Assembly (NCBI GenBank): GCA_037447605.1
Contig: CM074804.1
Location: 6,301,909 to 6,365,908 of the forward strand
DNA from: Zygnema circumcarinatum SAG 698-1b
Lineage: Eukaryota > Plantae > Zygnematophyceae
Length of the DNA stretch: 64,000 bases
Direction of reading: 5' to 3'
Under the pieces are notes generated by a model. That model was not told the DNA's origin. It saw nothing but the letters and a program-made list of their open reading frames with translations, and did not search any database. The stretch's first letter is position 1. Every line of letters starts with the position of its first letter. Positions 16,637-30,816 of this stretch are shown here, in pieces. Position numbers and translations under genes: made by a program.

Positions 16637-19600
16637 ATGGGCCTGGGAAAGCTTGGCCTTTTTTCGCTTCTTAGCCGCCGACGTCCACTGAAAAAACCGG
16701 ATGATAAGGTGAGTCTGAAGGTCCGCGAGTGGGTTGTTGCGTTTTTTTCGCTCGTTTGGTTAGAGAGTTGAACAGAGCCAAGTGAAGCTCAACTACCCGC
16801 AGAACGCCTACGATGTTCTGAATAATTTCGACTTTACTGCGGCTCAGTACGACACAGACTAACATTTCTGATATTGACATCTCCAGCAGGTTGCGAAGTC
16901 CAATTCAACAGAGCAGCTTCCTTCCCTCGTCAGCACTGGCAGCATCCACTTTTTCAGCAATTCCCAGAGTGCGGGGGTTTCACCATCTGCAAAGCATGTC
17001 ACAGACTTCCCAACCCCCTACGGAGGCGAGGGAGAGCATTCTGTGGCTGAATATCTGAGCGATTCCGGGGTGTATTATGGAGAAACTCGGTCGAATGGTA
17101 ATCAAGCGGAGCTTCTTTGTGATGCCGTGGAGTTGGGAGAGGGATCGAGCAACAAAGGAGGACCCACTTCCGGCAGTGAGTGTGGTAACCGGAGTGCAAG
17201 CTTTGAGGTGGAAAGCATAGGTTTCAGACGATCTCGCAGTGATGCGGATCTGAGTCGCTGTGAGATTGGTTTGGCAACAGATGCAGACACGGGCTGTCAT
17301 AATAGTGATCCCGAGGTGATTACCGGCACGTCGGGAATGTTTGAATTTCCGGCAGGTACTTGGTCTGCTTGTAGCGAAGGTGGCGGTGACGCATGGATGG
17401 CCCAACCCACATTGTTCAGTCCTGTACTCGCATTAACCTCAGGGACAGAGGATGTGGCAAGATTCGAAGGATTTGCTGCTGGTATTGATCAGGACAGATC
17501 TACTACTTCGGACATTAAAGTAGATGTGGATGGAAATTCGCCTATTTCAAGTGAAACTGCATTTGCTGATGTACGCCAGGTTACAGAAGGAAGCAAGGAG
17601 TACTTGTCTGAAGCGTGGTGCTCGGCACGCCCAGCAAGTGAGCTGGAGGCAACTGACTGGCAGGCAAGAAGTGCGCGCAGTGCTCCTGAGATGTACGGCC
17701 ATGCCGAAGACAATGGTGGCCTTCAAGAACGGCCTCAGAAGGAAGCCTCCATTGCAGTGGCAGGAGTGATCTCTTCGGAGCTAGATGCGTCTGAGAAAGC
17801 CCGTCTTTTAAAGGTTGCACTATCATCAGGACAGCTGTCCGGGGGAGCTATGGCAAGGGTCTCTGAGTGGGTAAGCCAGTTGACCTTGGCGGAATCACTT
17901 CCTCCGGATGATATAGACGTTGAGTTGCCAGTGGAGGAGCCACCTACCTTGTCGCTTTCACCTGCACATGCCAAGAGATCGGCATTGTCGGGACAATTGG
18001 CGGCTCTCGGGTCATTTCTCCCATCCAACGAAGCATGCATCTTAGAGGCCGGATTGGCTGGGACCATCCATGACATTGACGTGGAATATGCGAATCGCTG
18101 TGCGAGAGCCTTGGATAGGACTGCAGCTGCGGCGAATATTTCCTCTCGTGCCCTGAAAGTGGTGCCCTCTTTGGCATTATTCCACTACCTGAAAAGCCTT
18201 TGTCTTTCACATAATGCCATTGGTGAGCATCTTCGTTACCTTTATATGTTTATGTTTATAGCTCTCAGTTTGGGTGTGAAATATGCAGAAGCGGGCCTTG
18301 GTACTGATGTTGGTACCTCTCGCCGCCTTACTGCTGTGCCCCCATTGATAAGTGGGACATTTCTGCTGCTGGATGAATTCTAACTATACTATTAGTAGGG
18401 CCACCCTTACGCTAATGAGATACGTGATGGTGTGCAGGTCGTTTGCATGGTGGCACGTTGCCCCGCAGTCTGCACACTCTCGACCTCTCTCACAATCGTC
18501 TCATAGTGGTCGAGGGACTGCGGGATTTGACTCGTCTGAGGGTTCTGAACCTAAGCCACAACCGCTTGTCGCGTATTGGGCACGGTGTGTTTCTTATTTC
18601 GCTAGCCAGGAACATATAGACCAAACTAGAGCAGCGAGCAAACGGTGGAATTTTAGCCGGGGAGTGCTCCATTAATTCTTCTTGGAACTGATTGTTTAGG
18701 CTAGAGTTATGGAGACGAGCATTATTGCATCAACGCTGAGTTGCTTTGTGATGGTCACCTGTTCTGCGGCAAAAGGGAAGGAAGGGGAGCTTTATTCCTC
18801 TGTTGATTCATGTCTGTTTGGCTCCTCTAATTGGATTCCTCTTGAAGCAGGCCTGGCCAGCTGCACGTCCCTGCGCGAGCTGTACCTCGCGGGCAACAAG
18901 ATAAGTGAGATCGAGGGGCTGCACCGCCTTCTGAAGCTGGTGGTGTTGGACCTGGGGGACAACAAGCTGACAAGCACCAAGGCCATCAGCCAACTCGCTG
19001 CAAACTATGGCTCCATGCGAGCGCTCAATCTGGCTGGCAACCCCATTCATGTCAATCTCGGCGAAGATGCATTTCGGCGTTTTATAAGTGGTATGCTGGG
19101 TGCAGTATGAGCTTAAGAAAAATCATTAATAAACTGCAGAGGATTGGGGCTTGCAGAGTCTTTTTGGTACCTAAGCAGTGCACATTATTCTTCTAGCTTT
19201 CTCAGAACTCTGGAGATGGACGTTGTTTATTAAAGCGAAAGTCCTGCCTGGTTCATTCAGCCTGAAGAACTGATTTTTTTTTTTTTCTGATTTTTTTTGC
19301 TCTGACGAAAATGCTGGTCCAAAGCATGAGGGCAAAATAGGCATGAGCTTGTTGAAGCTACTCCCTTTTCAAGTTAGGTCTGCTATTACAACTTTGTTAC
19401 TGGTCATAACTCGGCTCCTTGTCTTATGCAGGATTGCTGCCGCACTTGATCTACCTCAACAACGCTCCTGTGAAGACTTTGTCTGCACGAGAGGTGGCTG
19501 CAGATGGGGTCCGCGCCGCACTTGGAGCATCACAGGGACGCAGCAGCCGAGTCTCCGCCCGCGCCACCTCGGTCGGCAAGAAGGCGGGCGGCGGCCACCA

Positions 19601-19898
19601 TCGCAGCGCTGCGAGTTCCGTGCGCGGCAGCAAGAGCAGCACCGCCGGAAGTGCGCGGCCCAGCGGCCGGCAGGGGAGCGACCGCTCGGACAGGCCGCAG
19701 AGGCGGAGTGGCAATGGAAGCTTTCGGGACGAAGGGCAGAGCAAGGCCGTGAAGCGAACTGGCAGCACCCCGCGGCTTCTTCCTCAGGTTCCTGCAGCTG
19801 CGGCGACGAGGGTTGAAACTGGTGGCGGGCAAACCCTTGACGTCAATGTTGGAAACGGGATGGTGCGATCGAGCAGCATGAGCCTTCTGCAGGCCTGA
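16637..19898 (+). CDS. Leucine-rich repeat (SDS22-like) protein with long disordered N-terminus and basic C-terminal tail; resembles plant 'outer arm dynein light chain 1'/MASP1-like proteins
   Basis: LRR exons LKSLCLSHNAI, LHTLDLSHNRLIVVEGLRDLTRLRVLNLSHNRLSRIGH and GLASCTSLRELYLAGNKISEIEGLHRLLKLVVLDLGDNKL, ending LLPHLIYLN. ARVSEWV motif upstream. Confidence 0.85.
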
Positions 19899-21660
19899 GG
19901 GCTAATGAAGCGTGGCTGCTCGCATGTGTGCCTTATCTGCTACCTGTTGCTGCGAGAGAGGGCCAGATGTAGTTCTTGACGAACGTGCAAAAGGAACTAT
20001 AAATGTCTTAGAAAGGTTGAGGCGCAGTCATGTCTTTTTGAGCGAGCGCGGTTTGTGAGAAGGTGCAGTGGAGGGTGCAGGGGATGTGCCGCGTTTTTTG
20101 GTGTTTCATTACGTTCCATTGGTTGCAGCAATTGCAATAATGTCTAGTGCCAGTTGTCCTTTCAGATCTTTGGAAAACCCATAATTCGCATTGCCTTGTG
20201 CCGCAAGTCGTTCCATTGTCTGTGGAATGAGGACAGCTTCGGTGTTGCTATATCACGAAAGAGTTAGCCTCGCCTTCTGCGGTCTCCACCGTGCGTTTGT
20301 TTCGTCCCCGCGTTGAGTAAGAGTCACCCATTAGTTTCCAGTCTGATTCCACACCGATGGCAAACTGCAGGGAAAATCTGAAAATTTTCAGATGAAAATC
20401 CTTTCAAATATTGACTTTAGTTCGCTCTATGGACCATCTGAAAATAGTTCATCAAGGTATCCCATCACACTGTTTTTGATGATCGCCTCATTGCTATGCC
20501 TTGCCATCCATCTATAGCCGTTTAGACCCTGACAATGGCTGAACAGTGTTTTAAGGAAGCATACCCGGAGGCGAAGAAAGTGACGGGAGAATTGAGGAGA
20601 TATCAAGGCGCTGTGCGCAGCGGACGATGATTTTTTTCAAGTTTTTCCTGCAAGTACCCGCATCAGAGAACAAGCAGTGGACAAGGTTGTAAAGAACCCT
20701 AAAGTCTTCAACGAAAGCCGTTGGAAGAAAAAAACAAAGTATTCGTAATCGGATTAAACAAAAGGTATTTCCACTTTAGGTTTTTTTGTTTTCTTTTGAT
20801 CAAAGGTCCTTGTTCAAATGCGAAACCAATTGAACAGTGAACAATTAACTCCCGGTCGTGTTCAATTTCAATTTACTTTGCATCCACCGATCAACAATGA
20901 GATCTTGGCAATCGTAAACGCGCGTGGACCCAAGGTGAACACGAGTTCAAACTTTTCCCGTTTCCGTTTTCGTACCGTACGAGGTCGTTGATCTGTCGCA
21001 AAAATGTCGTATGGCGGAAATTGGGCCGGAGTCAACCATTTCTCGTATATTCCCTGAATCGCACTTGGCAAAATGTGGAATCCACTCAAGTAACCGATCA
21101 GATTGAGAATTTGAACAATTAAGCCATGATTTTATATTGTTCATTTCGCAGTTCGAGTGTTCAAAAGTTGAGATGAAACCTGTCCATTTGAAATTTGAAC
21201 AATTCAAAAAAAAAAGTTTACTAGTTCAAATTAATGGTAGTAGGCTATACAAATTAGGGGGGGGCCCACTCTCAGATCTTGAAAATTCAACTTTCTTTTC
21301 TTTTCCTTTTCATTTTACGTTTGTATTTCATGCAGAGAGGAGGCTTAGCTGCCGCCTCAGGGAAAACCCTGAATTCGCCACTGCTTTGAGCCTTATAGAG
21401 TCCATGCATTCAAGTTCCTTTCTGAACATACTTGCAATAATGTCTCATATTTGAACAAATGGAATGGAAGTGGCATTGATCGTCGAACAAAGATTCGAAG
21501 AACCATGAAATGCAGAGCAGCAGATATCCCCAAACACCATTTCTGACAAGAGCCGGAGCGCCTCCAAACGCTTTCCCCAGGGAGCGAGCGTAGCGTCCTT
21601 GCTTCCTTCCTGGAAAGCCTGCTTTGAACAGTACAGTGCCTGAGCAGCCGTGCGGCAGCC

Positions 21661-24600
21661 ATGGCGGCGGCGCTGAGCGGTTCGGCGCGTCTGCTCGCGC
21701 CTCTGCAGGCCCCCGTGCACTCCGCGTGGCCCTGCCGCAGCAGCTGCGCTCTGCGCGCTTCTCCCGCCTGCGACGGCGCTGCCACGTGTGCTCTGAGCAG
21801 CCATGGCGTGGCCGCAGAGGGAGGCGGGCGGTGCAGGAGACGGTGCTCTTCCGCGGCGCGCATAGCAGCGGCGGCAGGGGTGGCTGACCCTGTCACATTT
21901 GAGGTGCGCTCAGCTGCAGGTCGCCTCCCTGAAACCAGAGTGCCGCCGTCTGCATATGCGTGGGAGCATTGATAGTGGAAGACCCAGGGTGGCAGAGGGC
22001 AGCAAGTCTTGCTGTGTATAACAACGCAGCTGCTCGTTCCTCTTAGTTCTGTTATTTTGCATTTGTTGCAAGCTGTGACTTCATCTTGTTTGATTGTATC
22101 AACCTAAAGTAGTGTGACAATCCTCATGGTATAATAGGCTATCAAGTGCATGCCTGTAGACTCCAGTCATGCAGTCGTGGTCGGGTCCGTCTGATCGTCT
22201 GACCACCAAACGTGTTACTTGCAAAGGTTCTTCTGTGAAATGAGATCCTAATGCATCAAAGACCCATGATGTCTTCGCAATTAAGAAACCCAAATTTTTC
22301 TTGAATGTGGGCAGTTTCTAGACGAAGGTGATTGCCTGGAAGTGCGAGTGCCACTGGGCTGTGAGTCGAGTGCCTTAAACACGAAGCAGGTGGCAGTTAA
22401 CGCATATGCCGACTCGCTGCTTGTGACACTGACAACAGAAGATGGCCTTGTGCCTCTTCTTGTGGCCAGTCCTCTTTATGCACGTGTCAACCCCTCTGAC
22501 ACAGTATGGTGAGTGGCTATAACTCCGGTTAATTGACTGTCGGCACTGCAATCATACATGTAAGAGTGTCAGCACGTGATTGTGTTGCGCACATAGTCAG
22601 CTATGTTTTTTGCTTTAAGTTCAAAATGAGAATTCTTTTTCAAACCTGATCGTCGCCTCTGTGTTGATGGTTGGCATCACCTCTTGATGATTAACCAAAT
22701 TCCTTAGGAATTCACTTCGTCTTTCGTTGCTTTCTTTCTTGAAGCGTCTCCCGTTTGGATGGTGAACCAAATTTTGCATAACCAATCCGAGTGAACACTC
22801 TTTTGTGCTGTGCATGTCGCAGGTTCCTAGATGATGATGAAGTGGTTATTAATCTCCGCAAAGCGAACAGGGAGCTGCAGTGGCCAGAGCTTATCGAGGC
22901 CACCTCCGCGCTAGCAAAGGGTGTGAGCAACATGCTCAAGAGCTGCTCCATTAACGTGGTGGGAGGATCGTCTGATGCAAATTGGGGCCTTGCCCAGGAG
23001 CTTGCGTCGCTGTTGAAGTGAGGAGCAGGCTGTTGCCCCCTGTTGCAAGCTGCTTGATTTCTGGGCATTGAAGTGCTGTTTCTTTTGAAATGGAAGCTTC
23101 CTGTTTGAACCTTTTCCAATCAATCGAGTCACTGAAGGAGTGAATCCTTCCTTTGTCTTTCTTCGCCTTGCGTCTAGTTCTTCATGTTTTCTTCTCACTT
23201 TCGATATTGTTAGTATGGTCACTTCTTTCAGGGGGTAGTCTTCAAAATAACTCATTTTTTTTGCCAAGTTACGCATGGCGATTCACTTACAAGTGAAGGG
23301 GCCCATTTAGTGGCCATTTCGACAAATAGACAGCAAAGTGATTCAATTTTTTTCCGCCTGCAAGCCTGAGGAAAACAAGGATTCAATGTTGTTCTGGTCT
23401 GCATCGCATACTGCTACCGTGTACATGCTTGCCCAGAGACTTGTCAAGTTGGCTGGTGGCCCCCATTGCTCTAATGGCTTCTCTGCATTCGCCCTTAACA
23501 GTTAAATAAGGTGTTCATTAAGTAGAGGTCGTTAGAAGGCTCCTACCTTCGGCTGAACCTTGTCATGATTTGAACTGATCCTGCCTGCCATGTTCCCTTT
23601 GGTACTTCATCGAACAAGTTTGACAACACTGATCAGAAATTTGTATGTGGCAATGCTTCAGCTATGTTCCAATGAGCACGCAGCAGCTGATCGAAACTGC
23701 GATTGGGAAGACCACAACTGCATGTAGGCTTCTTCGCATGTTTGACATCTTTTCCCGCACTTCAAAAAGTTAGGGGCTCAATAGGTAATGGATAAACACA
23801 AAGCGTCTCTCCGGTCCTAGTTTGCTATCACGTAGGGTACATGCCTTTTCTTGGCTATGGCTGTAACAGGTACTGGCATAGGGGAGGCTCTCGGAGGGCC
23901 TGAGGAGGCTGTGCGTGCTGGGCTGTGGCAGTGGAGGACGAGGAAGGCGAGGCGGGATTGGCTGAAGCGGAGGCGGCGGTGCTTGAAGGCTTGACAAGGT
24001 ACCTTCAAAGCGGCCCTGTTGCGGCGTGCGCACGTGCTGCAGCTGCTCGTGAAAACTGAATAAGCAGGCCCCTTTTTCCTGACCAATGTTTCACGACCAA
24101 TTTTTCTGCAAGCAATGTTGCGACAATGCCTTGCATTTTATGAATGCGACACCTGCAGTCAGTTGGCATTGTAGGTATGATTGACGAGTTGCCTGACGTT
24201 GTAGTATGTTTCTCGATTCCAACCTATTCTTTAAATCCTCATGCCTTTTCTGTCATTCACTTGTGTGATTGATGGATGATTGTGGCTCCAAAGTTTTGCT
24301 CTCACCCGCTCCTCACCTGCTCCAACTTCCATCACTTTTACGATGAGGGGGCATATCGGCACCAGGATGCCTGTCCAAACATACTCAGCAGAAGATAGTG
24401 ATGTTGTCTATTGTTCGCCTATCGCTGTATCTCCCATGTGGGACTTTGACGCCATTGGCTTGTGGAGGGCTGTTCTGGAGTGTCAGCAACGTGCGATGCG
24501 TTGTGGCGACCCTGGGCGGCAGGACAGCTGGCGCTCGTGCAGGCGCTGCGCGGTGGCTCCACGCGGCTGTCACGGTGTGGCTGGAAGAGGCCGGGCCCGC

Positions 24601-25364
24601 CCCCGCAGCTCAGAGTGAGCCTCCCGTTCCCGCACTTCCGCCGCCTGCTTGATGCGTGTTCTGCGCTCATCCGTGCCAGTTTGGCGGCCGCCTCTGTAGG
24701 CATCCTCCTCACTGTGTCTGCGGGGGTTCATCGGCTTCCAGATGGTGAAGAAGGTGCCTCCAATCAAGGCGGTCGTTTCAGTTGGGCAGACGTCCATGTG
24801 CGGGCAGAATCTCCTGCTGGGGAGTGGGAGGCAGGGAACTTCCGCAGAACAGCACACAGCTCTCTCAAAGCCATCAAGGAGTTACTGGAAGACGACGTTA
24901 AACTGACCGGTGAGTCGTTCTGGAACTGCACGTGCTTTTCGGAGAATAGTTAAGGGTCACAGCCTGATGGAAAAGCATGCATGCTGTGCAGCCTCACAAT
25001 GGCGCAGTGTATGTTCGCATTAACTCTGTTGTAACTTATGCAGCACTGTCCATTTGCACAGTGTTCTGCCTGTTGATCACTTGCAAGTCACGCTTGGGTA
25101 AAAGTAGAAGAATATGCCTGTTTAAGTTGGCAAAGAATAGATTTGATACAATTGCTCAAAAGTGAAGTCCAATTGACGCTCGTCCCTGCATAGCGTCCTG
25201 TGCGCAATGGATTAGGTCGTTCAAATGCTAAAGTTTTTTGGGTGCACTGTTTCTCAGGTAAGAAGGGGCTGTATCTCCGTTTAGGTTGCCGAGGCGATTG
25301 GCCCGACATCATGCCCCCGGGATGGGCTCCAGCTTCAGCCCAACTGAAGGGTCTCTTTGGGTGA
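21661..25364 (+). CDS. SKL2: Shikimate kinase-like 2 (probably inactive; plastid transit peptide + CS/p23-like domain + SK-like domain)
   Basis: Ala/Ser/Arg-rich N-terminus, then exons LYARVNPSDTVW, FLDDDEVVINLRK, SINVVGGSSDANWGLAQELA, AEAAVLEGLTSNVRCVVATLGG and KKGLYLRLGCRGDWPDIMPPGW (SKL2 C-terminal signature). TGA at 25362-25364. Confidence 0.9.
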
Positions 25365-27145
25365 AGCCCAAACCCGTTTAATTATTGTATAGTCCAAGGT
25401 TTCCGAGCCATGTGCCTCACCTGCACCAGGGACTGTCGAAATGCCTGACGGATGAGGTGGCGGATCCTTCAGGTGTTAAGCTTCTTAGTGTGTTGAAGGG
25501 TTTGGGTATGAAGTTTTACGGCCCTGATTAAATATGGAGACGACCTCCATTGTGGAAGAAAGTCCATAGAACGATATTGACTCTATGGCGGCTGGTAGTG
25601 GCAGTATGTGTGTGATCTTGCGGTTGAACTCCATGCTGCATCGATGCCGGCGCGGTTACACGGCTCTTCTGCAATTCGAGGCTCCTTACCTACGGCAACC
25701 TCGATCTTGGAGCACATAACCCCCCCTGCTTGGCGGGTAGGCCCTCGATGCCCTCAGTGGCATGCGAGGGTCGGAGGGTGTTAGTGTTGGTCTCCTTGTT
25801 GCTAGGACGCCGGTGGCTGGTTATTTTCTTGTTGCTTCTTCGCGTCTTGGGAACGCCTCATTGGACGCCCCTGCACGGCAGCCAAGGCATGTCCTTTCCC
25901 GGTGGGCCTCAGGCCAGCGTGGGACGAGGCCCGAGGGTGGTCCGCCATATCGCACGCGAGTATTTGTAGATTGTGTACGGCAAAATAACTCAAAGAAATA
26001 AACGAAAATGTGAGGAAGCGAGAAGAAAGCGTCCGGAAAAAGTGAGACAAGGTGAGAACATAGAAGCCAATCCTTTGGTGGCGTGCCATGTCACGCGCGC
26101 TGGATAGAGCCTCGCCAGCTCGCCCAAAGCCCAAAGCCCAAAGCCCAGCCAGCCCAGCCAGCGCGGCGCGGAGGCAGTAGCCGGACGTAGCCGTTTTCGG
26201 GTTTTGGCAACCGTTTTTTCTTTTTTTTCTTTCCTTGATCTCACGATGGCGATGCTATCAAATGTACATGGACAAAGTCATCATGGGGGAACCACGAAGA
26301 ACTGGTCGCAAAGGACCTAAGCACAAAAGAAAAAATCTAAGAGGGGAAAGCTCCGCCTAGGCGCAACAACGCTTCAAGGCCTCCCTCCCTCGAAGCAGCC
26401 GCGACGGTCGCCGCTCGCCGCCGTTTCTTTTTTGTTTGGCACAATCCTCCTCCTCCGAGCGAGCGATCGATCGATCGAACCGACAACCTCTCCGCCCGCC
26501 GCCTCGTCCATACACCGACCACCGCCGGCCATCGGAGGGTGCGTTGCCTGCCCGCCCGGGCCGCACCGTACAATACCGTACAAAGTTGTACGAGGCCCGC
26601 CCGCCCTCCCAACTATCGGCGCCGCCGCCCTCTTTAAAGCGCGGCGGGCGGTCGCGGGCTCCTGCCACGTGGCCCTAACGCCTGCGCGCGCACACGCACG
26701 CGCCTCGGCCGCCGGGGGACGGACGGGGAGGAGCGGCCATGGCGGGCGGGGGAGGGGGCGAGGGCGGGAGGCGGTAGCCGAGGTGGATCGGTAGATGACG
26801 GGAGCAGGCGGAGCAGGCGCGATCGGGGCGGCTTCATCGTCCTGGCTGAGCCTGCGGTACCTTTTTCAGCTGTCTTTAGGGTTTGACCATTTCAACGTGT
26901 TACTGGCTGCCCGCGTGAAGTGCTTCTCCATTTTCCGAAATTCTGGTAATGGCACTTTGGCGAACACCAAGCTCCCAAGGTCTGCCTCAGGACTTTCTTT
27001 TGCGGATCTCTGCCCGACGGAAGTCAGTTCGCACCTGCTGCACCGCGGTGCACCTGCGCCATCCACTCTTCGCACAGGTGGATTGTTTAGTAGTGGGAAA
27101 GTTGAAGACTCAGCGGAGCAGGATAGGGTTGGGAACGCTGGGAAG

Positions 27146-30100
27146 ATGCAATGGTTGCAGAGGTTATGGGTTGGGAAGAAGAACGGGGGAAGGCTGTTGC
27201 GGTTAGGCCTGCTGCTAATTCCTCTCGCCTACATTCTCGCTCTGCGTGTCTTGTTCACTCAAGGAAGTGATAATCCCTGGCAGCAGAGGAAGTGGGAACA
27301 AAGGCAGGTGCAGCTGAGGGAGGAGCGGCGCGACGCTTTGCAGTTTGTTGGAATGGGGGACAACCTGGATTCTCTGAATGATGAAATTGTGGTGAATGGC
27401 ACCAGTGTGGCTATCATTCGACGGCGGAGAAGGAAGCATTCGGGCGCGGAGGAACGGGAGGAGAAGCTGGAGCGGCCGCGCTTGGCCCGGTTGCCGCAGC
27501 TCAGCAAGTCTCCACTGACCAACTGGCAACTGGTGCGTGCCTGTTGGCGCCCATTCACATTTCCACCGTCTCCGGGCGTCCACCTGTGACTGTGGATTGC
27601 CCCCCCTTGTGAACCATGGCCAAATTTGTAAAGGATTTATCGATGCAAGTTCCTGTAGGATTACATGATGACCTTGGCCGGTTCTTCAAGTAGCGGAGGA
27701 CAGCGTCCGAAGCAGCTGTTATCAAAATCGACCATACGTGCTTCACCAGATGCGCCAGCGGGATGTCCTTCCCAATCACTGTTTAGATTATGAATGGCTT
27801 CATACACCAAATTGTAGATGACCGTAACCTCTGCATCTTCTTTTTGGCTTGAGTGGTGATGATTAGCAAGGCAAACCAGTGGCCGTTGCATAAAGGGCGG
27901 ATTTTTGTTGTGGAAAGTTCTAACTCTGCAGAGACTGAGCTGTCTAAAAAATGTGGGCTGTCAGTGAGACGGGGTGGTGAATAGGAAGGCAGTGGTGTTC
28001 TGCTTTGAGAGTGCACGATGACCTTTCTGCCATTCTGCCTCTTTGCTGCTTCACCAGTAGCAGCACATTAGGAGGAAGATTTAAGCTTTCGATGGTAAAG
28101 CTTTAAGCTCGGCAGTTATTCAGAATACGGTCAAGTGAAATATACTGTGCAGTGCAAAAATGCTTTTCTAGTCGAGGGATTGTCTGAGTCTTTTGCTGTA
28201 ATTGTCTACTGTTGAGTTTGTGCCCTTTCGTATTCGTAAATTGCTCTCTGTTGTCCATTCAACCCCCCCCGAATTGCCGGTGCTGAGTAGAGCAGAGAAC
28301 TACAATCTCAAGTGAAGGACAGCCTGAAATTCGAGGTACATTGTGGAGGGGTGCAGAGGCCCCGCATCGCTATCTGTTTGGTTGGAGCTGCCCGCGACTT
28401 CCATCTGACCGGCCCCTCCATCGTGGAACACCTCCTCCGCGCGTACGAGCACAGCGACGTGTTCGTGCACGCCCCCCTCGACGAGAGCGCGCAGCGTCTC
28501 TCCCTCCTGCAGGCCGCGGCCCCGCGCGTCGTCAACCTGCGCATCGCGCCTGACGTGGCCATCAACGAGTCTGACGTCACGGACTACGTGCTGCGATGGG
28601 TGCGCAGCGGACCCGAGTACGTCACCAGACAGGTGAGAGGGCGTATTTTTCTGCCCCCACTTTCCTTGGGCAAGCCTTAGGGACTGATCTAGGTTTAGAA
28701 AGTGAGAACTCAGCAAGTAAGCAGCAAGGTTTCCTGTTTTTTCATATGTCGTTTGACTCCTACGTTTACTTCCTTCCATCGACTCCTTCGCGCTCTCTCA
28801 GTTGTTCCTTTTTGAATTGCTTTTATAGAGTGACAGAAAGTGAAGGGCTGAAAACCTGAAGCGTTGAATTAGTTAGATACTCTATCATGTCGCAGTTAAC
28901 GAAGCAAAAGTTGAAACGTTCAGGAGTTCACAGAGCTACTCCTTTGCTGGAGGTATTTCGAGCGTATAAATATCAAGCTTGCATATAGTGGAGGAACACA
29001 TGCAATCAAGATGTCAAGTAAATGTATTTGCATGACGTGAGTGATGATGAGCGATTGACATTTAGAAGCAGCTAACCTACAAGTTATAACCATAATTATG
29101 ACCTTACAGAATGCGTACCCACCGTCAGTCAACTCGAGAATCCTAACAGTGCCCATGTGCCGAAATGATGCGTGCGATGCAGCAACTGATGCAGCAGTTC
29201 AAAGCCATAGAGATGTGCGTCCCCATGATCACCGCCTTCGAGCAGCAGCACCGCTTCCGCTACCGTTGGGTCCTCCGCACCCGCGCGGACGGCTACTGGA
29301 CGGGCCCGCCCCCCCCCCTCCGCCACCTCGAGGCCGCGGCCTACACCGTCCCCGCGGGGTGCGACTGGGGGGGGCTCAACGACCGCCTCGGGGTGGGGCG
29401 ACGGGGAGTCAGCTGGAAGGGCCTCCGCCGCCTCAGCGTGCTCAAGGAGCTTGCCTCCTCCGGCAGCAACTTCAATCTCAACGCAGAGGGAGCGTTCCAT
29501 GCGCAGCTAAAGCACTTACATGTGAAAGTGGGTCGCGCAAGTTTTCCCTTCTGCATCCTCAGCAGGAAGAAAGGGAGTCTGGGGTTTCCGGTGGCGGCAG
29601 CTTTGAGCTCCACTGCAGCTCTGAATGGTGCCAAGTGTCGACCGTGCACTCCAACTGTGACTGGGAACAAGTCTGTAGAGTATATCTCACAGCTACCGGA
29701 AAAGAGAGTGTTTGGGCCCAGCGTTCATGGTGTAGACCTCTGCGAGGCAGAGGATGGCTGGGAGGATGGCTGGGAGGCGGTATACGATCGAGACGCTGGC
29801 CCAGAATTTGCGGCAGTGAGGAAATACATGAATCAGCGGAATCTGACAGAATGTGAGCGTGACTGGCGGGAGTTTCAAAGTTCAGTTCTTCGATGGGACG
29901 GACCACCCCCCCTTGTGATTTGCATGCGCTCGTTTTTGGGACCCGTGCAAAAATTAGGATATCCTGGAGGAGACTGGCCCCTGTTTCCACAGCTCCTTTC
30001 GCCTTCCAGCGTTGTATATGTGGTTGCGAGTGACAACTTCTCTTGGGACTATAAGCTCATCAGGCAGCACAAAGTGGTTCTTCACACCTTCGACAGCACA

Positions 30101-30816
30101 CCTGAAGGCCTGCGATGGGTGCAGGAGCACTTTGAGAATTTGCCCCCTCTCTACACACATCATCCATGGCTTATAGGGCCATCAAACACGCAAATAAAGG
30201 TGAGCAATATTTTTTGTCGACATTCTTTGAATCACGGCATTTTTTGTGCATAAATTTTCAATTCGAGAAGATTGTTGAAAGCATGTTCAACGAAACAGAA
30301 TATAATGGCACAGTCGTGAGTGCCATCCAGATGATCAAATTATTTGCTGAATATCCCGATGTGAAATGGGGACGGGTTTCTCAGGTCTACCCTATGGATT
30401 TGGTGGACCGGCCCTTCGAATATGCTCTGCAGCTGCCAGAGAATATGGTTGAGGAGACAGTTCCGGGCATCCCGGTTGAGAGTCGCTCTGTGGAGAGTAC
30501 AATGTTGAAGCTGAATCACACGCATGTGGATGTGCTTAGGATCGGCGGCCACAGAACGCTGCATGAAGCTCTTTTTAAAAAGTGGATCGCTGATGGGCGC
30601 TCCCCGCCTGTGTGCCAAGTGATCATCTCGTTTTTGAAGGCAGAAAAGCACTTTGGCAGTGAGGCCGGGAGGAAGGAGCTTCTAGGGCTGAGGGAGCTCG
30701 GGCTTGAGCTCGCGATCTGCATTCCCCGTGGAGCCATACCGGAAGAACGAGTGTTTGAAAGTTGCTTGTTTTTCTCAGTGCATCATTGTCCCAAACGAAA
30801 GTCAAACTTGCCTTAA
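27146..30816 (+). CDS. Paralog 1: type II membrane protein, DUF7796-like (putative GT-like) domain fused to degenerate FkbM/Methyltransf_22-like domain
   Basis: Exon 1 has one TM (LLRLGLLLIPLAYILALRVLF). Exon 2 (~28291-28632) RIAICLVGAARDFHLTGPSI. Exon 3 (~29183-30199) RTRADGYW, GGLNDRLG, LNGAKCRPC, then LSPSSVVY..HTFDSTP. Last exon STMLKLNHTHVDVLRI..PVCQVIISF; its acceptor position is uncertain. Confidence 0.8.

Noticed and set aside
20530-20740. Protein-like short frames downstream of the LRR gene
   Set aside because: Interrupted, with no recognisable family or consistent splice signals.
26120-26160. AAAGCCC tandem as a telomeric repeat
   Set aside because: Only about 3 units; better read as site-II-like (TGGGCT) promoter motifs or a simple repeat.
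29040-29130. RTGATGA motifs in introns (also ~37693, ~47944, ~62975) as box C/D snoRNAs
   Set aside because: No convincing D box with terminal stem or rRNA-complementary guide seen.
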